DNA of 64,000 bases from Gaiellaceae bacterium (GTDB taxonomy: Bacteria > Actinomycetota > Thermoleophilia > Gaiellales > Gaiellaceae), in the NCBI GenBank assembly GCA_046594445.1, contig JBKJSM010000075.1, positions 23,819 to 87,818 on the forward strand, given 5' to 3'. Below are positions 37,906 to 46,516 of this stretch, piece after piece. The notes under the pieces were generated by a model. That model was not told the origin of the DNA. It saw only the letters and a list, made by a program, of their open reading frames with translations, and did no database searches. The number at the start of each line of letters is the position of its first letter. Position 1 is the first letter of the stretch. Position numbers and translations under genes: made by a program.

Positions 37906-38890
37906 CTCGCTGTCCTTTCATCAGTTGTCGAACCTTCTCGGACGGGTGATAGGCGGCGATCCGGCGAACCGTCCCGGAGCGCGAGCGCATCACGATCGAC
38001 TCGGTCTCGACACCGGTGCCGCTGACGCGCACGCCGCGGAGGAAGACGCCGCTCGTGACACCGGTGGCGGCGACGAAGACGTCCTCGCCGGAGACGAGGT
38101 CGTTCGTCGTCAGCACGCGATCGAGGTCGACGCCGGCGTCGAGGAGCGCCTGCCGCTCCTCGTCCGAGCGCGGCCAGAGCTTGCCCTGGATCGCGCCGCG
38201 CAGGCACTTGATCGCGGCGGCGGAAATGACGCCCTCCGGGGTACCGCCGATCCCCATCAGCATGTCGACGCCCGCGAAGGCCTGCGCAGCCGCGATCGAG
38301 GGAGCGACGTCGCCGTCGCGGATTAGGTTGACGCGGGCGCCGGACTGGCGCAACTCGCCGATCAGCTCGACGTGGCGGTCGCGCTCGAGCACGACGACGG
38401 TCACCTCCGAGACGTCGAGGCCTTTCGCCTTCGCGACCGCTCGCACGTTCTCGGTCGGAGTCGCGTCGATGTCGATCGCCTCCGCCGCCTCAGGCCCGAC
38501 GGCGATCTTGTCCATGTAGAAAGCGGCGCCCGGGTCAAACATGGTCCCGCGCTCGGCGACGGCGATCACGGCGATCGCATTCGGCTGTCCGAGGGCGGTC
38601 AGCCGCGTTCCCTCGAGCGGGTCGACGGCGACGTCGACGGCGGGACCGGTGCCGTCGCCCACCTCCTCGCCGTTGTAGAGCATCGGCGCCTCGTCCTTCT
38701 CCCCCTCGCCGATCACGACGACGCCGTTCATCCGCACGGTGTCTAGCACGAGGCGCATCGCGTCGACCGCCGCAGCGTCGGCCTTCTCCTTCTCCCCGCG
38801 CCCGACCCAACCGGACGCGGCCAGCGCAGCGGCCTCGGTGACGCGGACGAGCTCGAGGGCGAGGTTACGGTCGGGTGCTTCGGCGCTCAT
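37898..38890 (-). CDS. glpX: class II fructose-1,6-bisphosphatase (GlpX type)
   Basis: 330 aa: ...[32 protein letters not shown]..., ...[14 protein letters not shown]..., ...DPLEGT. Confidence 0.92.
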   Translation of the reverse strand: MSAEAPDRNLALELVRVTEAAALAASGWVGRGEKEKADAAAVDAMRLVLDTVRMNGVVVIGEGEKDEAPMLYNGEEVGDGTGPAVDVAVDPLEGTRLTALGQPNAIAVIAVAERGTMFDPGAAFYMDKIAVGPEAAEAIDIDATPTENVRAVAKAKGLDVSEVTVVVLERDRHVELIGELRQSGARVNLIRDGDVAPSIAAAQAFAGVDMLMGIGGTPEGVISAAAIKCLRGAIQGKLWPRSDEERQALLDAGVDLDRVLTTNDLVSGEDVFVAATGVTSGVFLRGVRVSGTGVETESIVMRSRSGTVRRIAAYHPSEKVRQLMKGQRDG

Positions 38891-38911
38891 GCGCCGACAA
38901 CTCTATGCGCG

Positions 38912-39853
38912 CTACGGCGTGGTCGTCGCGGACTTCAGGAAGGTCGACGGGTCGAGCAGATTGCCCTGGCCGGCCGGCAGGAAGACGATCTGCGGCGGCG
39001 CCTCCTTGAGGATCTGGAGCGCCTCGAACTGAAGGTTGCGATCGGTCAGCGAGCTCGCGCGGAGCCGCTGCGCCTGCGCCTGGCCGCGTGCGCGCTCGAT
39101 CTCCTGCTGCGCCTCGGCCTTCGACTGCTCCACCTTCTGCGTCGCGGCGAGCGCGTCCTGGGTGGCGACCTGCTTGCGCTCGATCGCCTCGGTGAACTCC
39201 TTGGGGAAGTCGAGGTCGTTGATCAGGAAGTCGACGACGTCGATCGAGAAGCCGGCGAGCTGGCGGTTGAGCTCGGCCTGCACGGCGCCGCGGATCCGCT
39301 CGCGGTTCGGCGCCACAGAAACGCTCTTGAAGTTGACCGTCTCGTTCTTGAAGACCTGGAAGACGCGCGGCGCGACGACCTTCTCGAAGTAGGTCGCCCC
39401 GACGTCCGTGTAGAGCTCCTGGACGGCCTTGTCGCTGACGCGGTAGTTGAGCGTGACGACCGCGTACACCGGCTGCGTCTCCTCGCTGATCGCGGGACCG
39501 CTCGCGATCGTGCCCTCGGCCGGCCCGGTGCGATCGTCCATCTGGAAGCGCTGACTCTCGACCTGCGTCGAGACCTCCTCGGCGCTCTGCCAGGGTGAGA
39601 TCGTCTGGAAGCCGTCGCCCCGCTGGCCGACGATCTCGCCGAACTGGCGCACGACGAGCACGTGACCGGCGTTGACCGAGTGGAAGGAGCGCCAAGCGCC
39701 CCAACCGCCCACGACCACGATCACCGCGAGCGCGGAAGCGAGGATCCAGGCGTTTCCCTCGTCGGCCTTGGCCTGCCGGCGCAGGCCGACGCCGTTGATC
39801 ACCGCGAGGACGGCGACGATCAGGACGATCGTGGAGATGATCAAATAGCTCAC
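38912..39853 (-). CDS. SPFH/Band-7 (prohibitin/HflC-like) membrane protein
   Basis: 313 aa with an N-terminal TM and a coiled-coil tail ...ATQKVEQSKAEAQQEIERARGQAQAQRL. GTG start overlaps the stop of the small upstream ORF (GTGA). Confidence 0.85.
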   Translation of the reverse strand: MSYLIISTIVLIVAVLAVINGVGLRRQAKADEGNAWILASALAVIVVVGGWGAWRSFHSVNAGHVLVVRQFGEIVGQRGDGFQTISPWQSAEEVSTQVESQRFQMDDRTGPAEGTIASGPAISEETQPVYAVVTLNYRVSDKAVQELYTDVGATYFEKVVAPRVFQVFKNETVNFKSVSVAPNRERIRGAVQAELNRQLAGFSIDVVDFLINDLDFPKEFTEAIERKQVATQDALAATQKVEQSKAEAQQEIERARGQAQAQRLRASSLTDRNLQFEALQILKEAPPQIVFLPAGQGNLLDPSTFLKSATTTP

Positions 39854-39996
39854 TCGGGAGGAGGGATTTCGCGTCGGCGACGCGATTCCTCCTTAGCCCG
39901 CCGTCCCTGGCGGACGTTCACGATCGCCCGCGCCAGGAAGGCGGTGATCGCGATCGAGCTCGCGACGATGCCGAGGATGATCTCGACTTTCAACAC
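39850..39996 (-). CDS. small single-TM protein (48 aa), not in the ORF track
   Basis: Own translation: (V)LKVEIILGIVASSIAITAFLARAIVNVRQGRRAKEESRRRREIPPPE. GTG lies 5 nt after the argS stop. No obvious SD. The stop is coupled to the SPFH start. Confidence 0.45.
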   Translation of the reverse strand: MLKVEIILGIVASSIAITAFLARAIVNVRQGRRAKEESRRRREIPPPE

Positions 39997-40001
39997 GGTC
40001 G

Positions 40002-41519
40002 TTACATCGTGTCCGGTGCGTCGACGCCGATCAAGTCCAGCGAGCGGGCGATCACGTGCTTCGTCGCGGTGCAGAGCGCGAGCCGGAACGGCTCCGACTC
40101 CGAGCCGAGCACCTTGTGCCGGGTGTAGAAGCGGTGGAAGTCGTCCGCGACCCGGATCGCGTAGGTCGGGATCGCATGCGGGCCGCGCCGCTCGGTCGCC
40201 TCGGCGACCACGCCCGGGAACTCCACGAGCCGCTTGATCAGGTCGCGCTCCTCGACCGCCAGCTCGGCGGGCAGCTCGGCCGAAGGGACGGCTCCCTCCG
40301 CATTGCGCAGGATCCCGGCGATCCGCGCGTGCGCGTACTGGACGTAGTAGACGGCGTTCTTCTGGCTCTTCTCTGACGCCAGGTCGACATCGATCTCGAT
40401 CGCCTGGTCGTGGCCGCGCGAGACGAGGTACCAGCGGGCGGCGTCGACGCCGACCTCGTCGAGGAGCTCGTCGAGCATGACGACGTCGCCGCGCCGCTTC
40501 GACATCTTCGCTGCCTCCCCCCCGCGCGTCAGGTGGACGAGCTGGTAGAGCAGCACCTCCACGCGCTCCGGGTCGTAGCCGAGCATCCGCGCGACCGCGG
40601 CGTACCAGTTGCGCGTGCCGTGGTGGTCGGCGCCGAGGACGTAGAGGGCGCGGTCGAAGCCGCGGTCGAGCTTGTCCGCGAGATAGACGACGTCGGCCGC
40701 GCGGTAGGTCGGGACGCCGGTCTCCGAGCGGATCAGCACGCGGTCGTCCTCGTCGCCGTGCGTGGAGGAGCGCGCCCAGAGCGCGCCGTCCTTCTCATAG
40801 GTGTCGAGCCTGGGCAGGAACTCCGGCAGCCGGGCCTCCAGCTCGCTCTGCTTCGCCCACGAGTCGAAGTGGACACGGAAGCGCTCCATCGTCGTCTCGA
40901 TCTGGCCGAGCATCACCGGCACCGGGTCCTCCGGCACCGCCGCAAGCTCCGCGACGTAGTCCCCGTGATAGCCGTCCTCCGGCGGTTCCTCCCCGCGCCG
41001 ACGGGCCTCGACGGAGGCGCGGAAGAGGTCCATCTGCCGTCCCGAGTCGTTGTAGTAGTACTCGCGCTCGACCTCGTGGCCGGCGAAGTCGAGCAGGCGG
41101 GCGACGCTGTCGCCGTAGGCCCCGTTGCGGGCATGGGCGACGTGGATCGGGCCAGTCGGGTTGGCGGAGACGAGCTCCACCTGCACCTTCTCCGGCGCTG
41201 TCGCCGAACCGCCGCCGTACGCGTCGCCCGCAGCGATCACCTCCGCGAGCGCGTCTGCGAACCAGGCCGGCGTCAGCCACAGGTTGACGAAGCCGGGCCC
41301 CGCGATCTCGGCGCTCTTCACCTGCGGCAGCGCCGCGGCCTGCTCGACGAGCTCCGCCGCGAGCTCCCGGGGCGCCTGCCTTCGCACGGCCGCCTGGCGC
41401 ATCGCCACGTTCGTCGCGTAGTCGCCGTGAGTGGGATCACCCGGCCGTTCCAGCACCACCGGTGCGCCCGCCGCCTCGGCGAGCGCAGCCTCGAGCCGTT
41501 GAATCGCCTCCGCCGCCAT
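40002..41519 (-). CDS. argS: arginine--tRNA ligase
   Basis: From ATG 41519: MAAEAIQRLEAAL...PTHGDYATNVAM... Has ...SANPTGPIHVAHARN (HIGH-type) and ...KMSKRRG (KMSK). Confidence 0.93.
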   Translation of the reverse strand: MAAEAIQRLEAALAEAAGAPVVLERPGDPTHGDYATNVAMRQAAVRRQAPRELAAELVEQAAALPQVKSAEIAGPGFVNLWLTPAWFADALAEVIAAGDAYGGGSATAPEKVQVELVSANPTGPIHVAHARNGAYGDSVARLLDFAGHEVEREYYYNDSGRQMDLFRASVEARRRGEEPPEDGYHGDYVAELAAVPEDPVPVMLGQIETTMERFRVHFDSWAKQSELEARLPEFLPRLDTYEKDGALWARSSTHGDEDDRVLIRSETGVPTYRAADVVYLADKLDRGFDRALYVLGADHHGTRNWYAAVARMLGYDPERVEVLLYQLVHLTRGGEAAKMSKRRGDVVMLDELLDEVGVDAARWYLVSRGHDQAIEIDVDLASEKSQKNAVYYVQYAHARIAGILRNAEGAVPSAELPAELAVEERDLIKRLVEFPGVVAEATERRGPHAIPTYAIRVADDFHRFYTRHKVLGSESEPFRLALCTATKHVIARSLDLIGVDAPDTM

Positions 41520-41524
41520 CCGGC

Positions 41525-41531
41525 TATCGTA
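41525..41531. promoter_or_regulatory. bidirectional -10 heptamer TATCGTA (argS / DUF3467)
   Basis: Plus strand: TATCGT, 7 nt, then GTG 41538. Minus strand: TACGAT, 6 nt, then ATG 41519. The spacer between the divergent start codons is 18 bp. Confidence 0.5.
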
Positions 41532-41537
41532 GGGGCC

Positions 41538-41837
41538 GTGGAGGACTCGGGCGCCGAGCGCCAGCTCAACATCCAGATCGACGAGAAGCATCTCGCGGGC
41601 ACGTACGCGAACTTCGCGAACATCTCGTTCTCCGACTACGAGTTCACGGTTACGTTCGCCCGCCTCGACCACGAGGGCGACGAGGGCGACGTGCCCGGAG
41701 TCGTCGTCTCGCGGGTGAACATGTCCACGAAGTTCGCGAAGGAGCTGCTCGACGCAATGCAGGACTCGTGGTCCAAGTACGCCACCGTCCGCGGGATCCA
41801 GAGCCTCCCCGAAGCGCCTCCCCGCGCCGAGAGCTAG
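41538..41837 (+). CDS. DUF3467 domain protein
   Basis: Tail of ORF 40410..41837, from GTG 41538: VEDSGAERQLNIQIDEKHLAGTYANFANISFSDYEFTVTFARLD.... Confidence 0.75.
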   Translation: MEDSGAERQLNIQIDEKHLAGTYANFANISFSDYEFTVTFARLDHEGDEGDVPGVVVSRVNMSTKFAKELLDAMQDSWSKYATVRGIQSLPEAPPRAES

Positions 41838-41843
41838 CCGCTC

Positions 41844-42563
41844 ATGCGCGTGGCGGTCGTCTCGGACGTCCACTCGAACCTGCACGCGCTCGCGACCGTG
41901 CTGGCAGAGATCGACGCCGGGAGATTCGACGCGATTTGGTGCCTGGGGGACGTGGTCGGCTACGGGCCGCGGCCGAACGAGTGCGCGGCGCTGCTCCGAG
42001 AGCGCGCCGCGATCTGCCTTGCCGGCAACCACGACCTCGTCGTGACCGGGCAGATCACGCTCGCGACGTTCGCCGGCGAAGCGGCCTCGGCGGCGGCCTG
42101 GACTCAGACGGTGCTCGACGAGGGGACGCGCGCATTCCTCGAGTCGCTCTCGCCTCAGGCGACCGCGCCCGGCTCCGAGCTCTTCCACGGCAGCCCGCGC
42201 GACCCCGTCTGGGACTACGTGCTCGGCGACGGCGCGGCGCGCGCGAGCTTCATCGCGACGACCGAGCCGCTCGTGCTTGTCGGTCACAGCCACGTCGCCT
42301 TGCACTTCGAGCTCGACGCCGGCGGCGAAACGGCCGACGCAGGGATGGTGGTGGAGCTCGGCGAGGGGAGGCACCTGCTGAACCCGGGCTCGGTCGGCCA
42401 GCCCCGGAACGGCGACCCGCGCGCAGCCTGGCTCGAGATTGACAACGCGTCTGCGCGGGCAACCTTTCGCCGTACCGAGTATCCGGTCGAGCGGACGCAG
42501 CTCGAGATGCGCGAGGTGGGTCTCCCCGAGGCCCTGGCTGCGCGGCTCGAGCACGGCGTCTAG
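41844..42563 (+). CDS. metallophosphoesterase family protein
   Basis: 239 aa: MRVAVVSDVHSN..., ...CLGDVVGYGP..., ...GNHD..., ...GHSH. Confidence 0.85.
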   Translation: MRVAVVSDVHSNLHALATVLAEIDAGRFDAIWCLGDVVGYGPRPNECAALLRERAAICLAGNHDLVVTGQITLATFAGEAASAAAWTQTVLDEGTRAFLESLSPQATAPGSELFHGSPRDPVWDYVLGDGAARASFIATTEPLVLVGHSHVALHFELDAGGETADAGMVVELGEGRHLLNPGSVGQPRNGDPRAAWLEIDNASARATFRRTEYPVERTQLEMREVGLPEALAARLEHGV

Positions 42564-42589
42564 CGCGGCCCGACGAGAAACGGAGCGAG

Positions 42590-43078
42590 ATGGCTGAGCT
42601 GACGAACATGGAGACCAAGCTGGGCGAGGTGATCGGCCTCGCGATGGCCGCCCAGGCCGCGACCGAGCGGGTCGAGAAGTTGACGAGCGACCGGAAGCTC
42701 GTCGCGGCGCTGAAGACGATGCGGAAAGAAGCCGTGCAAGCCGAGAAGGACGGCACCGCGGTGGCCGCGTCGATCGCCGGCAAGAAGAGCAAGATCCTCA
42801 CCGAAGCGCGCTCCGTGAAGACCAAGGGCGCCACGATGATGAAGACGTACCTCGAACGTGGCTCCGACGAGCTCGACGGATTTGAGTTCCTGACGATGGC
42901 CGAGGCCGGCGAGGTCGGGCACTGGTCGGTGCTGCAAGAGCTGAACAAGCAGGCGCGCCATCCTGGCGTGCGGAAGCTCGTCAGCACGCACCTGCCGATC
43001 CAGAAGCGGCACCTGAAGGACGTCATGGCGACGAGCATCCAGCTCGCGGCGAAGGAAGATGCAAACGCTGAGGCGTAG
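42590..43078 (+). CDS. helical, ferritin-like/DUF-type hypothetical protein
   Basis: 162 aa, K/E/A-rich and helical-looking, with EAGEVGHW (ExxH-like). Family assignment not secure. Confidence 0.55.
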   Translation: MAELTNMETKLGEVIGLAMAAQAATERVEKLTSDRKLVAALKTMRKEAVQAEKDGTAVAASIAGKKSKILTEARSVKTKGATMMKTYLERGSDELDGFEFLTMAEAGEVGHWSVLQELNKQARHPGVRKLVSTHLPIQKRHLKDVMATSIQLAAKEDANAEA

Positions 43079-43463
43079 CGCGCTGCTGCTGCCGGTTCTT
43101 GCCGCTGCCGTCGCCGTTGCCGGCTGCGGCAGCGGCGAGCCCCCGGCGGCGGCGCGCCTGCCGTCGCAGGTGGCGGAAGCCCTCGCGGCGCGAAGCGACG
43201 CGGTCGCGCAGCGGCTCGAACAGGGGGATGCCTGTGGGGCGCGCGCCGAAGCCGAAGCGCTCCAGTTCGACACGATCGCGGCGGTCAACGCAGGCCGCGT
43301 TCCGGCGCGTTACCAGGAGGAGCTGGGCTCCTCGGCGGCCACGCTCGTTGCTTCGATCGAATGCGTTCCGGCGCCGGTCGAGGACGAGGACGGGGACGGG
43401 GACAAGCAGAAGAACAAGGAAAAGGACGACGACGAAGAAGAAAGAGACGAGGAAGACGACTGA
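43059..43463 (+). CDS. lipoprotein with polyacidic C-terminal tail
   Basis: 134 aa. Signal plus lipobox LLLPVLAAAVAVAGC. Tail ...EDEDGDGDKQKNKEKDDDEEERDEEDD. Confidence 0.65.
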   Translation: MQTLRRSALLLPVLAAAVAVAGCGSGEPPAAARLPSQVAEALAARSDAVAQRLEQGDACGARAEAEALQFDTIAAVNAGRVPARYQEELGSSAATLVASIECVPAPVEDEDGDGDKQKNKEKDDDEEERDEEDD

Positions 43464-44539
43464 TCCCCGAGTCGCTCGCTGACGGCCGCTATTCGCTCGA
43501 GCACCGGCTGGGACTCGGCGGGATGGCGGTCGTCCACCGCGCCCGCGACACCGCTCTCGACCGCCCCGTCGCCGTCAAGTTCCTCGCCGAGAGTCTGAAC
43601 GGCGACGACGGCCTGCGTCAGCGCTTCCTCCGGGAGGCGCGTTATGCAGCCAGGCTCTCCCACCCAAACGTCGTCGCGATCTACGACACGGGCGAGGAGG
43701 ACGGTCTCCCTTACATCGTGATGGAGTACGTCGACGGCGCCACCCTCGCCGACGAGCTCCACCGACGCGGGGCGCTCCCGCCGGGGGAGGTGGCAGCGCT
43801 CGGCCACCAGGCTTGCGCCGGCATCGCTCACGCTCACGAGGCCGGGCTCGTTCACCGCGACATCAAGCCCCAGAACCTGCTGCTGCGGTCTGACGGCACG
43901 CTCAAGGTCGCCGACTTCGGCATCGCGCGCGGCGGCGTCGGCTCGACGCTCACTCACGCCGGCACGCTGCTCGGCACGGCTGCGTTCATGGCGCCCGAGG
44001 TCGTGCGCGGCGAACAGGCCACGGTGACCGCCGACCTGTACTCGCTCGGCGCGGTGCTCTACGAGCTGCTCACCGGGACTCCCGTCAGGCGCGTCGACAC
44101 GCTCGCCGACCTGCTCGACGAGCAGGACATCCCCAGGCCGGCGGAGCTCACTTCGGACGTACCTCCGGAGCTCGAACGGGCGATCATGCACTGCCTCGAG
44201 CCCGAGCCCTCCCGCCGCCCGCAGACGGCCGCTTCGCTCGCGGCAGAGCTCGACGGCGCTGCGGCGGAAGCGCCGACGCGGCAGCGGGCGCAGACGATCT
44301 CGCGTCGGCCGACGGTGCCGCTTCGGCGTCCGAGGCGTGACGACGGTTTCTACCTGACACGTTCGCGAGCTCCCGTCTGGGCGGCGCTCGCGCTCGGTGC
44401 GATCGTGCTCCTGCTCGTGCTCGCGTTCAGCGGCAACGACGACCCGCCGCCGGCCCGGGTCGAGCCCGTACCGACCGGGTCGACACCGGCGGAGCAGGCT
44501 CGCAATCTCTCTGAGTGGCTGCGAGAGAACTCGCGCTAG
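43361..44539 (+). CDS. Ser/Thr protein kinase with C-terminal TM anchor
   Basis: GRYSLEHRLGLGGMAVVHRA, VAVK, HRDIKPQNLL, DFGIAR, APE, then TM PVWAALALGAIVLLLVLAF. Start ambiguous: ATG 43361 overlaps the upstream gene by 103 nt. The alternative is CTG 43460 (CTGA coupling, GAGGAAG 4 nt upstream). Confidence 0.85.
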   Translation: MRSGAGRGRGRGRGQAEEQGKGRRRRRKRRGRRLIPESLADGRYSLEHRLGLGGMAVVHRARDTALDRPVAVKFLAESLNGDDGLRQRFLREARYAARLSHPNVVAIYDTGEEDGLPYIVMEYVDGATLADELHRRGALPPGEVAALGHQACAGIAHAHEAGLVHRDIKPQNLLLRSDGTLKVADFGIARGGVGSTLTHAGTLLGTAAFMAPEVVRGEQATVTADLYSLGAVLYELLTGTPVRRVDTLADLLDEQDIPRPAELTSDVPPELERAIMHCLEPEPSRRPQTAASLAAELDGAAAEAPTRQRAQTISRRPTVPLRRPRRDDGFYLTRSRAPVWAALALGAIVLLLVLAFSGNDDPPPARVEPVPTGSTPAEQARNLSEWLRENSR

Positions 44540-45372
44540 AGGGCCGCGAGCTCGTCGGCGACCGCTGCTGCCAGGGGGCGCTCCGACGGGTCGGCCGCGA
44601 GCATCCGCACGATCAGAGCCTCCAGTGACGCGGGAACGTAGTTCGGCATGCGCTCGGGCCGCGACGCCAGCTGGGGAAAGCGCACGGTTCGGGAGTCGCT
44701 CGTCTTCGCGCCGGCGGGCCGTGGGAAGGGAACCTCGCCGGTGGCAGCGTAGTAGAGGGTCGCGCCGAGGCTCCAGACGTCCGCGGCAGGACCGACGCGA
44801 CTCCCGCCCAGGTCCGCAGCGCAGAGCTCCGGGGCCATGAACGCGTCCGTCCCGAACGGCGTCCTCAGCCGCGAAGCGCTCTCAGTCGAACGCGCAGCGC
44901 CCAGGTCGATCAGGCGCGAAGGATGGCCGAACACGACGTTGCTGGGCTTGACGTCCAGATGGACGACCTCTTCCGCGGCGAGGTAGTGGAGGACGCCAGC
45001 GAGCTGCTCGCCGGCCTCCAGCACGTCTTCGAACGAGAGCGGCCCCTCGTCCTTGACCAAGCGGCGAAGGTTGGGGCCGACGAGGTGCTCCAGCAGCAGG
45101 TGGGGAACCGGCCCGTCAAGGGTCGCGTCGAGGCCTCGCACGAGGAGGGGATGTGCGAGACGCCGGAGTAACTCGGCCTCGCGCCGGAGCTTTCGCAACG
45201 CAGACTCGTCGGCCAGGAGATCGGGCCGGAGGATCTTGGCGACCCCGAGCGCATATAGCCGCTCGTCCCAGACGAGGTAGACCTCGTAGCGCCTGCCCCC
45301 GCCGAGCAGCTCGACCACAGTGCGGGCCGCGACGATCGGCGCCCCTTCCTCGAAGCCCCAGCTGACCTTCAC
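44536..45372 (-). CDS. soluble Ser/Thr protein kinase-like protein (non-RD; HLD / DLG variants)
   Basis: From GTG 45372: VKVSWGFEEG...LLGGGRRYEVYL...VAKIL..., HLDVKPSNVV, LIDLGAA, FMAPE. No TM or sensor domain. Its stop overlaps the stop of the convergent kinase by 4 nt. Confidence 0.75.
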   Translation of the reverse strand: MKVSWGFEEGAPIVAARTVVELLGGGRRYEVYLVWDERLYALGVAKILRPDLLADESALRKLRREAELLRRLAHPLLVRGLDATLDGPVPHLLLEHLVGPNLRRLVKDEGPLSFEDVLEAGEQLAGVLHYLAAEEVVHLDVKPSNVVFGHPSRLIDLGAARSTESASRLRTPFGTDAFMAPELCAADLGGSRVGPAADVWSLGATLYYAATGEVPFPRPAGAKTSDSRTVRFPQLASRPERMPNYVPASLEALIVRMLAADPSERPLAAAVADELAAL

Positions 45373-45397
45373 ACGCCCTTGTCCCTTGCCGCGCTCT

Positions 45398-46504
45398 TCA
45401 CTCGGCGTCGGGCTCGACACCGTCGCTCGCGTCCGGGTAGTCGGCATCGTCGGTGTCGTCGGTGTCGTTGAGATCCTCGACCTCGTCGTCATCCTCCTCG
45501 GGCTCGACTTCTTCCCGCGCGAGCAGTGGGCGCTCGTCGCGGTCGTAAAGCTCTTCGGTTTCTTCCGCCTCATCGCGGTCGTCCGGCTCGTCGCGGTCGC
45601 CCTCATCCTCTCGAGCGTCTGACGGGACGCCCTCGTCATCGTCCTCGCCCTCGTCCTCTCGGCTCTCTGCCGCCTGAACCAGGCCGACGACCGACTGAAC
45701 CACGAATGCGGGCCGCGGTTTCGTCACCCGCTCGACCAGGGCCTTGGCGGGCGCCCGGGTCGGCTGCTCGAGCTCCCGTTCGGCGATCACGCCCGCCGAC
45801 CCGGCGACGCCCACGGTCGCGCCCGCGGCGGCGAGCTTCGCGGCAAGCGGGACTGCTGCGAGCTTTGCGAGGACTCCCGCCGTCGACGCCCCGCCGGCTG
45901 CGAAGCCAGGAATGGCATAAGCGAGCGAGTCGCGCAGCGCCAGTGGCACGACCAGCACCCCGGCCACGATCTCCGGACGAAGTCGCCTCTGCAGCTTCCG
46001 GCGACCGCGAAAGAGCAATGATTCGACCGCGGGGCGCGAGATGCCGAGCGCCCGCGCGACCTCGTCGTAGCGAAGGCCGTAGAGATCGCGCAAGACGACG
46101 GCCTCGCGTTGCTTTTCCGGGAGGGTGGCGAGCTCGTCCTGCAGCTCCGCCAGCTCCGCCCGTACGCTCGCCTGCTCCTCGAGGGTGGCCGATGCGGGCT
46201 CACGGTCGGCCGCGAGGCCGATTGGCCCCAACTGTCTCCTGGCGATCCGGTTGTGAGCCTCGTTCCTCGCGATCGTCCCCAACCAGGCGCCCGGATTGCG
46301 GGGCTCGGTCCCGGCGAGGAGGCTTCGGTAAGCGGAGAGAAAGACCTGCTGTGTGGCGTCCTCAGCCTCGTCGGAGTCCCGCAGCACGAGCCGGGAGACC
46401 CCGAGAACCATCCGTGCATGCTCCTCGTAGAGCGCCGCGAGGCGCGCGCCGGCCGCCCCGGGTGAGGGGCGGCGCGGCAGCGCGGTCGCGGAGTCCAGCT
46501 TCAC
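45398..46504 (-). CDS. ECF-type sigma-70 factor fused to a hydrophobic region and a long polyacidic tail
   Basis: 368 aa. Region 2 ...DAEDATQQVFLSAYRSL...GAWLGTIARNEA. Region 4 ...LPEKQREAVVLRDLYGLRYDEVARALGISRPAVESLLFRGRRKL. Then IVAGVLVVPLAL...AAKLAAAGATVGVAGSAGVIA, then about 100 aa rich in D/E. Confidence 0.8.
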   Translation of the reverse strand: MKLDSATALPRRPSPGAAGARLAALYEEHARMVLGVSRLVLRDSDEAEDATQQVFLSAYRSLLAGTEPRNPGAWLGTIARNEAHNRIARRQLGPIGLAADREPASATLEEQASVRAELAELQDELATLPEKQREAVVLRDLYGLRYDEVARALGISRPAVESLLFRGRRKLQRRLRPEIVAGVLVVPLALRDSLAYAIPGFAAGGASTAGVLAKLAAVPLAAKLAAAGATVGVAGSAGVIAERELEQPTRAPAKALVERVTKPRPAFVVQSVVGLVQAAESREDEGEDDDEGVPSDAREDEGDRDEPDDRDEAEETEELYDRDERPLLAREEVEPEEDDDEVEDLNDTDDTDDADYPDASDGVEPDAE

Positions 46505-46516
46505 CTGTGAGGCCGG

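Noticed and set aside
43059-43078. 20-nt overlap between the 42590 gene and the lipoprotein gene, considered as a frameshift site
   Set aside because: Both ORFs have their own plausible ends. There is no slippery heptamer and no need for fusion. It is an ordinary short overlap.
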